A stretch of DNA of 64,000 nucleotides. Origin: Amphiscolops sp. MND2022. Lineage: Eukaryota. Below, piece after piece: positions 49,001 through 58,000 of this stretch (position 1 is the stretch's first letter; each line of letters begins with the position of its first letter). A program made the translations under genes and the position numbers. The stretch is taken from NCBI GenBank assembly GCA_964187785.1, contig OZ076410.1, positions 54,932,001 through 54,996,000 of the forward strand, in the 5' to 3' direction. Under the pieces are notes generated by a model. That model worked only from the letters and a program-made list of their open reading frames with translations. It was not told where the DNA came from and did no database searches.

Positions 49001-52000
49001 CGACTTCCGATTGAAATTGAAAGCTCTTTTCTGATAAGATGAGCGTTGGTAAACATGCGTATCTCGTCATGAACACGATGATTCATCGTCAAATTCTCTT
49101 GGCTGTTACGTTTTGTGTCGGATATGCAAATCAATAAAATCAATATCGCGAGACGTTTATCTTCGTGAAGACCATTTGAAATCTCGCAGAACTCGGTATG
49201 TTTGGTAGTATGTAGACTGCTAGTACTCCGGCCCGAGCGCGTGTTCGGTTTTGTTGATCATTTTCGGTCGGATCTGTACGTTGTCATATGTTTTGTAGGT
49301 CATGAATTCTTCACAGCTCACAACTCACTGTTTGATTTGTTTTGTTAATCCTGAATAGTAGTATTTTGAGCGGCATTCTTGGATCATCTTGGTGATTCCT
49401 GGGTGTTTTTCATTGCCATAGTATTGCTCGTAGTAACTTTTCGCATAGGTTTTCAGGTATTTGTATTTGGTGATGCATCGTTTTCCGCATAGTCATAATA
49501 CTTGCGTATTTATATGCTGTCTTTTACTGCTAGTCTGTCTTCATGCGCTAGTAATCGTTTGGCCTCTCGTCGGTTTTTAGTATGTCAATCTCTTCGCATA
49601 TTAGTTTTTGTTTGACTGCTTGGAATACATGATCAGCATCCTGGTTGACTCTAATGTGTTTTTGTTGATTGGTATGGACGTAGTCTTTTTCATTGTAAGT
49701 TTGATTTTAGTTGCCTCTTCGTCGGGCGCCCTCTGTTTTGCTTGTTCCTTATGTGAAATTTTTTCTTCATTCTCCACTATTTTTGGAACCAAAAACTAGC
49801 TGTTCTTCTGCTATGTCAGTAGATACCATGTTGACTTGTATTAATCGATTTGCTGTATCTTCTCGTAACTTGAGTTTGACCTTTTTTTGGATTTACTTCA
49901 ATCCTTGAAAAGAAATCTGCTGCCGTATTTTGCGCCCCATCGACGTGCATTACTTGGAAGTTGAATTGCATTACGTAGTCACATGCGTTTCGTAGTGTGG
50001 GTGACATCGCTTTTGAATGGAAAAAAATGCGACTGACCTATTGTCGGTCAAGTAAGGCTTTGGTAGTGTCGTTTTTGACAATACATGGCTCTACTCTAAG
50101 GAAGCGCAGTATATTGCTAAAAAACTTCAACAAAATTTGAACATTTTAATTGAGCTGGAAAAACCTTTTGATCCCAAAGCAATTGGCGCGAAAGGTGTTT
50201 CTTTGAATTCAGTCTTTTCTTGTTTTTCCTCGATCATTGCGCATATTCCGGCACTAGGATGTATTGAGAGCCAAACCGCAAGTTTCTGTTAGCGCTGCGT
50301 CGATCGCTTTCTAGTTGGCGGGCAGTTCCATTGGAATCCAAGCAATTTTCCAGAGAGACCGGGGATGCAGTTGCAGTATTTGTTGACAAATCCGAAATTT
50401 CTTTGAACTTGCTTTTTTGATTTGTGAAATTGCACAATTGTCAAAAATTTTAGGAGTTTTTCAATCTTCGAGGGAAACTTGTTGTGTAGGTGATTGTTCT
50501 GCTAAAAATATCTACCTCTGTAAATCCAAAAAGGTAATTTTCAATAGTCAATTGCAGGACTGTTCTCCTCGTGCATTCGAACACGGCACGTATGTTACGT
50601 ATTAGCTGCGTCGTTGTGTTGTCGGCTATTCCAATACCGTCGACATAAGGTGCACATTGAACTGCTGTAACCACCTGATCTAGGTACTCTTGCACACACT
50701 GGGGAATGCAGATTGTGAACAATCCAATTTGCAAAGTAGCAATTGCCCGCTAGATGCTGCGCTGCATCGGATAGGGTGATAACTGGAAGGTTTTTGTTTT
50801 TAAAATCGGCTGAGTTTAGTGCTTTGATTTTTCGCAGGTCAACAAGTACGCGCATTTTTCCGTTTGATTTGCGATGTGCCAATCTTGGGCTGGCGTATTT
50901 AGAGAATGACAAGGTTGTTATAATGCCAAACCTGTGCATTGCAAGGTATTTGAACTGTTAGACATCTTTCAAGTTGATTGGTACTGGTAGGTTTTGCGTG
51001 TAGACTGGGGTTCATCTTTTGGGGTTAATGTTACTTTGAAGTTGTTATTGATGCCAATATCCAGTCTGTGTCGGGCGAAAATGTCTCCATCTTTGACGAT
51101 AGTTTCCTCGAGTTGTTCTTTGTCTGTGCCCGAGATTAAGGATCTTTCCCATTTGAAAATGTCCATAAATGTTTGGCAAGATTCGGCCATTCTTTTGGGG
51201 TTAAGTCCTTCTTTTCTGATGAGTTGCCTTATTTCCTTGAGTATGCGTCGCTGTATAGGCGTGTGTTTGTCTTCGTTGCCCGGGTATTCTGGTGTGGAAA
51301 CCAGAAATCCTTCTCATTCCGGTTGCCCCCTCCAGCCTTCATGAGGTCCATCACGTTTATGTGTGTGTTAAAGTATTTTAAGGGCGGCTGCGTCGATCGG
51401 ACGTCTTTGTTTTGTGCCCTATTGTGGAGTCCCGGCTTTTTTGTTTGGCTTTTCATGGTGTAGGGGAAATCTGTTGTTCTGGACATTCGAAGGTGGATGT
51501 GTTTGTCTGTAGCTGTGGCCAACGCTGGTTTTACAATTATTTTTGCTGTTTTGTCGAATTGGGGTAGTGGTAGCACTGCTACTGTGATGGCGTTTGCGCT
51601 GTTTGTAATAAGTTTTGCAGGAGACGGTCGTTGTTTGGTTGGGGGTTTTGTTTGATTCCATTCAGCTAATATCTGGAGAGGTTTTGGGTTGCAACGTTTC
51701 ATTTCGTCCGTCATTGTCATCATTATGTCGACGTGTGGGAACTTTTTTGTTCCGTTGGCTGTATCTAGGACAACTTGGCCGGTCCGCGTGAAGCTTAGGA
51801 CAATTATTGGGCAAGAGGTTGTTGAAAATATCACGATCGTATCCATGATCGTATATTAACCGATGTGACTTTCATATCGGCAGTGAAGATGCGTTGTTCT
51901 AGTTGTGCGTTGGCGCACTCAATTTCAAACGGTGATTGTGGCTATTTTTTGATAACGATGTTATCGCAGTTGACTTTGATCATGGTAAAGTCAGACCATG

Positions 52001-55000
52001 ACATAGCTTTGAAGAATGCGCCCGAGTTTACTAACCTGTCGATCGTGATTTCTTCAAATTCTAGCGTTAGGAATAATCCTTCTTATCTTCAGTAGTATCT
52101 TCGACTGCAGGGGTATGTAGCTATTGCCATCTTTTTCTGGTATATATTCTGGGATGGAGTTGAGTGACGTTGGGAAGTCGTCTGGGATTATTAATTGTGT
52201 TGTTTCAGTGAGGCCGGTTGCATCTTCCCGGTGTGTTTATTGTTGTTCGTGTTCTTGGGGAGCATTTTCATTTTGTTGTTCTGGGGAAGGACCAGGGTAG
52301 ACTTTGAAGGTGAGGGAGGATTCGTCGTAAATGTCGGAGTTGCCCAAAGATCACATCTGTAGTCCTTGTAATATTGGTATATATGTCTTGATTGGAACCT
52401 GGTAGTGGTCTTTTAGTAGATATGTATTGGCCATCAGACTCTACGATCCAGTGTTCTTTTTGTTTCTCATTCTTGGCATTAGAATTTGGTATCGATGCGA
52501 TCTGTTGTAGACGTTGCCATTTTCTGTTGGAATTTAGTTACACTTTGTTTCCGAAGTGTCGGTGTGTTTGTTTGGAAGATCGATTGTAATTGCCTTCGCG
52601 TCCACTGTTTCCTCGAAACGCAGGCGAGGCCTAGCTAGTTTTTTGGTCCTTCTGTGTTAGTTCGTTCGACGGTAGTTGCCGGCTTGCGTTCTGGCTTGAA
52701 TGGACGTTTCGGCCGCGGATCGTTGGCAGCATTGGCTCCGATCCAACTGTCTTCCAGTTTGTTCGGGCCGTTATGTATACAGATTTGTTGCCATTTATCC
52801 TGGTCCATCTTCCGGCTTTCTGCCTTCAAATGGCCAGATTAGTTGCTATAGAAACAGTGTTTTTTTTGGTTTCTCTGTTTCTATTTTTGTTTTTTCTCAA
52901 ATTGTGGTTGGGCCGGTTCGAGTTTGTTCAAAGAGACGAGGGTCACCTCGTCCGACGTCTCTTGTTCGTTAAATTGCATCTCTCTCTCTAGGTGCAGGAC
53001 TTCTCTTTGTTTTCCAGATACGCTCTGTTGAGTATCTGTTTGACGTTGTCCGGCATCTTTACGATTCTGGCCTTATTGATAAATTGGTGGGTTCCGGCCC
53101 CAAATGTTCTTTGGCCGTTTTTTTTGTAATGTATCCAGAAATTCGAGTACGTTTCGTTTTGTGGGATCGAATTTGAGCGCATCCCATTCGCAACGTGCTC
53201 TTGCCACGGACAGGTAGTCGCCGAAACAACTGTTGAATGCCGTCAATATTTCCTCTGCAGAGTTCTTTTTGGAGTCCTCCAGGTTTCGGAACGCTTGTAG
53301 GGCGTCGTGGCGTAGTAGGAGATAATTGATTTTCGGTATTTCCGTTGAATGTGGATGCATTTTGATATTTTTGCGGAAAAGGTCTTCAAACAGTTGGAAT
53401 TTGTCTGATTTCCCGTCAAATATAGGCAGTGATTCCGTGAGGGCCATTAATAAAAAGACTATTCGTCATAATTTTCTTGTTTTGAATTTTTATCCGAATG
53501 TTTTTTTAAACTGAAATGCTGAGGTGTTCTAGCGCAACGTCAACAAAATTAAGTGTGCTCGAAGCCGAGCTCGGCATTTCCTATTTTTATTTTTTCCCAT
53601 CACGGCTACATGGCCATAAAAATTTAGCCAATCTTGAAAAAGTCGAATTGACTGAAAGGGTTTACTTATTTATTTTTATGACTTACGCAGTCGGATTGAA
53701 AAGAAGTTTGAGTGGGTTTTTTGGACTGTGCAACTTTTTGGGGAAGGGAATTTTTCCAAAATTTCACAAGAGGGTTCTCGTTTCGGTGGTTTGATGTTTC
53801 TGGTGATGAAACAGGGCAAAAATATTGTTCTTGTGTAGTTTTGGTTCTAAAAATCATCTGGAATTAAACCCCCCTTTGGGTTTTTTGAGCTATGAGATTG
53901 AACTTTTTCACAAAAAAATTATTAACGCTTGGAAGTACTTTTGCTCTTTTTGAGCTTCAAGTGGGGCACCGACCTATGCCTTTCCCGACTTGTTTTGTTT
54001 CCGTCAGGATTTTAATACTGAATTAGGTGGGTCACGTTAATGATCCATAAAGCAGCTTTCTGAATCTGAGAGCCTTGCAGTTGCTTTGTTGCCGGCGCCA
54101 CATAAGTGTACCACAGTCAGAATTAAATAGGAATCGCGGCGATCGATTTTCCAGAAATCGATGGCGTTTTTTCGTTTTAAAACAACCTGAATCTTTTCTG
54201 CCACATCTGACCAACCGGTGACCTATTTGTTGAAAGTTCACAAATTGTTGGTATCACTGCGGTATTTTGGTGGAGCATAAGAAACAATTAGGCAGATTGC
54301 GATTGATTTTCAACACTTTTGGCAATTACAACATGAGCAAAATCACCGAGATCACGGGTGAAAATCTTCTTGTGATAAAAGAACATCCCTACCTAGTGCA
54401 AAATATCTTGAAACTCTTGCCAAAATCTCGCATATCTTACATAATTGCGTTTACTTTTGAAAGCCTTGATAAGATTTTGTACGCTGAGCAAGTTGCATTT
54501 GGAGAAATTTTGTTTGTTTTCATTCACCTTTGTTTGCTTTTCTCTTGATCTTGCAAGATCTTGCAAGATTGGACGTACTCTTGGCCCTCTTGATAAATAT
54601 CTTGCCAAGATTCTTACCAAGGGTTTCGCAAATACGCAAGAATCTTATCAAGAATTCCAAAGGTTTCACACTGGGTATTCATACTGTAAAATAGCCCCCG
54701 GTTTCCTTGAGCAACAGTCCTTCCAAAAACAGGGTGACAAGTAATCCAACGTATTCAACTAACGCAGGCATCTGATGAAGTTATTTAATGATCATGAATC
54801 AATGTGCCGACAATGTGCCTCAGAATTGCGGACCCTATCGTAATCATTTATTTTTAAAATATCTCGACATTTTATTTTTCGCTCTAAAGTAAATGGACAC
54901 TTTCTGCATGATTTTATTAAAATTATCCAAGCAATTATGCCGATATTTTTACAGGGAGTATTATTTTCTGACACACTAGTGAACGGAAAAATGAACCCTA

Positions 55001-58000
55001 AGCGAAGCTGCACCCGGACCAATCGCTATTTTACACGAGACAGAAAGACATGAAAACCTCAGAAGTTTCTGCTGTTTTTGCTGGAAATACAACAGGAGAT
55101 TTCTTTGCCTCCTTTTTGGGGTATTTCTTTTACCAAGTAAAATTGCTTGCTTTTTCGGGTAATTGTGCTCGCGTCATTTCACAGTGTATCAGAATTTCTT
55201 CAATGCATATTAAACTCTACAGTAATTAAAGATATTTCCATCCCCGCTTTTAGAAAGACTAGTGCTACAAGGAAAACAATTTTGCATTCAATTTTACAAA
55301 AGTCAGAAACGCTTTCTTGATTGGCCAGCACGGGAAAAACAGCTAAGAGTGTGCGCTCTCTAGATTCACATCTGAAAAAATTAATAGTTTAGAACCATTA
55401 AAAATGAAGAAATTACCGTTTAATAACCAATATCCATCACAAAACTGGACTGAGTTGTAGCTGTTTTTTGCAAGGATATTTGGCTCAAAAATTATTAAAG
55501 CAACTCAAAATTTTACCTCGGTCAAGTTTGTGATCTAAAACCATTCGTTTGAAGTAACGTTTATTTTTTTAATTAACCGGAAAGATGTTCAATCTTAATT
55601 TTCGAAACGTCTTGATTTTCACTTTTCGATTGAATCATATAATCATCTAATTGCATAGTCTAAGAATTGTCACGAACCTTTGAGAACGCAGCCTGAGAGT
55701 GGTGAACTTGATCCAACGACATCCCTATCCTTGTCGAACACCCATTATCCTGTTTGCGTAGTCCAGTACTTGAATACTATACAGTCGTCTTTAATTAAAT
55801 GTCAGGTCGTTGTAAACAGGAGAATCGAGAACATGAGGAATTAATAAAGTTATTGTGTGCGTGTGTTATCATGAGCATTTCCACCTCTCAAGAGAGTATC
55901 AGTGTCGAAAACCCTTGCTGGAAGTGAAATGGGTGTCAGGACACTTGCTACTAGGGCATTTGCCACTACGGTGTTTGCTGCTTGTCATACCAGTACAAGT
56001 TGATTACTTTTATTTTCAACGTTTGCACGCGCTTTTAGTCATTCAAAACATCTCACGTCGAAAATGGGTTTGCCGCCGTGTTCTAAATGAAATTTTTGTC
56101 ATTGAGGTCTCTCGAAGTGCTCGAAGGTCTTTATCAAAGTACTGCGAAAATCAAGTGTGTACGTCTAAGCGACATTGAAAGTGTAGTAGCGAAATTACGG
56201 TATCCGGACACTTGTTACTAGTCAATTTGCTATTTGGACATTTGCTACTAGGAAGTTTGCTACTAGGGAATTCGAAAAACTGCGTAGTAACAAATAGACC
56301 CTAGTAGCGAAATGTCTAGTAGCAAATGGCCTAGTAGCAAACGTCCTCTTTAGGTTGAAAAAATATAATTCTTGAAAATATCTTGCTTAATAACTGCGAG
56401 GTCTTGCAAGATTCTAACTTATCATCTTGGGTATGCGGAAAACTCGTCGAAAACAACTCGCCGAATGCAACTCGTCGAAAACAACTCGTCGAAAAGAAAG
56501 GGCGGAAAACAGGGCGAAAACTAACTCGTCGAATAATAACTGAGTGCTAACTCGTCGAATAATTAGAGATTACCCACAGTGCTATTTATGGATTAATTTC
56601 TGTTAATTGATGCATGAAATTATCAGTTTCGCGCATAATATAACTTTTCTAGTTATAAAATTGCTTTAAATACAATCCAGTGATAAAAGAATGGAACCCC
56701 TAATTGATAATAATGTTTGGAACACCTAATTTGTCTGCCCATATCTCGAAAACTATTGGTATTCAAAAAAAATGCTTCTAACAAAAGTTTCTCAAAATTT
56801 AATCTAGTTTACATTCGTGTTTGTTTGAAACTTCTATGACAAATATCGGGGAAGTTAGTTTTCAACGCCTCTCTATGTAATATTTGGTTTGCAAACCAAG
56901 TTTTAAATTTTGGCTCATTTACAAACAATTTTGATTTGTTTATCAACCGTTTATCAACCGTTAGTTTCTGTTTATCATCCGGTTCATCGCTGTCCACTGA
57001 TTGCACTGTCAAACTTTGGGGAACTTAGTGTTTACATGTCTAAAGAAAATCGATAATCTTCACTGAATTAATTCCGGTACATGTATTAAGATTGGTAATA
57101 GATTTAGGACTTATAGATTTGTGATTTTCTTTTCACATGTACACTCTAGGGTACTGAAAATTTTCGCGTGTAATTAGTGAATGATTGGCACCTTGAATAA
57201 TATGAAAAAGTAAATAATGACCAGCTTCCGCTCCTAATTTAGAGGCTGCATGTGAATTTCCAAAATTCTCGATGTAAAAATATTATTTACAAACTTGTCT
57301 CGTATTAGTTTAAAGGCTTCCAAAATTGGATGAATGTAAACTAGACAAATATCCAAGGAACTTTTGCATCTATCATATTTCGGAAAATTTGACAGTTTTT
57401 GAGAAATTGGCAAACTTATTAGGCGTTCCAAACTCTATTACCAAACAGGGGTTCCATTCTTTTATCACAGGACTGTATTTCAATTTTATAGTTAACAGTG
57501 TAATACTTCATAATAGGTGGGAACTTAATAACATAGTACGATCACAAAGTTAGCGCTATATTTGTCTGAGATTATTTTCTGTTCTTGCGACAATTTTTCC
57601 GGCGGAGAAATTTCGGCGAGTTCCTTTTCGACAAGTTTTCCGCCTAGTATTTTCGACCAATTGTTTTCGGCGAGTTGTTTTCGACGACTTTTCCTAGATT
57701 CATCATGTTGCAAGGTTTGCATTGTTTTGCAAGATTCTTGCAAGACTGACACCACGGGCTTGCACGAAACTTGCAAGAATCTTTGTAAGAAACTTGAAAG
57801 ATGAGTGCAAGATTTCAGTGTCTTCCAAACCAGGGCTGTAACTCGAAATTACATAGTAGCAGATGTACAATAGCATGCGCACCATACGTGCGAGTGGCCT
57901 AGCAACAAACGTCTTTGTAGAAAACTGCCTGGTATGAAATGACCTAGTAGCAAACGCCCATTAATGAGCAGTCAGATTAGTGTTGAAGAGCAATCAGACA

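Larger units (their letters stand above)
40667..53460 (-). mobile_element. Decayed, 5'-truncated Ty3/Gypsy element (Gypsy-3)
   Basis: gag remnant 53447-52635, pol remnant ~52630-47960, accessory region ~47800-42800, and 3' LTR ending GTCGTAACA at 40667. No 5' LTR or PBS found. Confidence 0.82.

Noticed and set aside
54030-54240. Minus-strand peptide AIDFWK...SESCF loosely like a hAT C-terminus
   Set aside because: Too short and weak, with no supporting neighbouring motifs.
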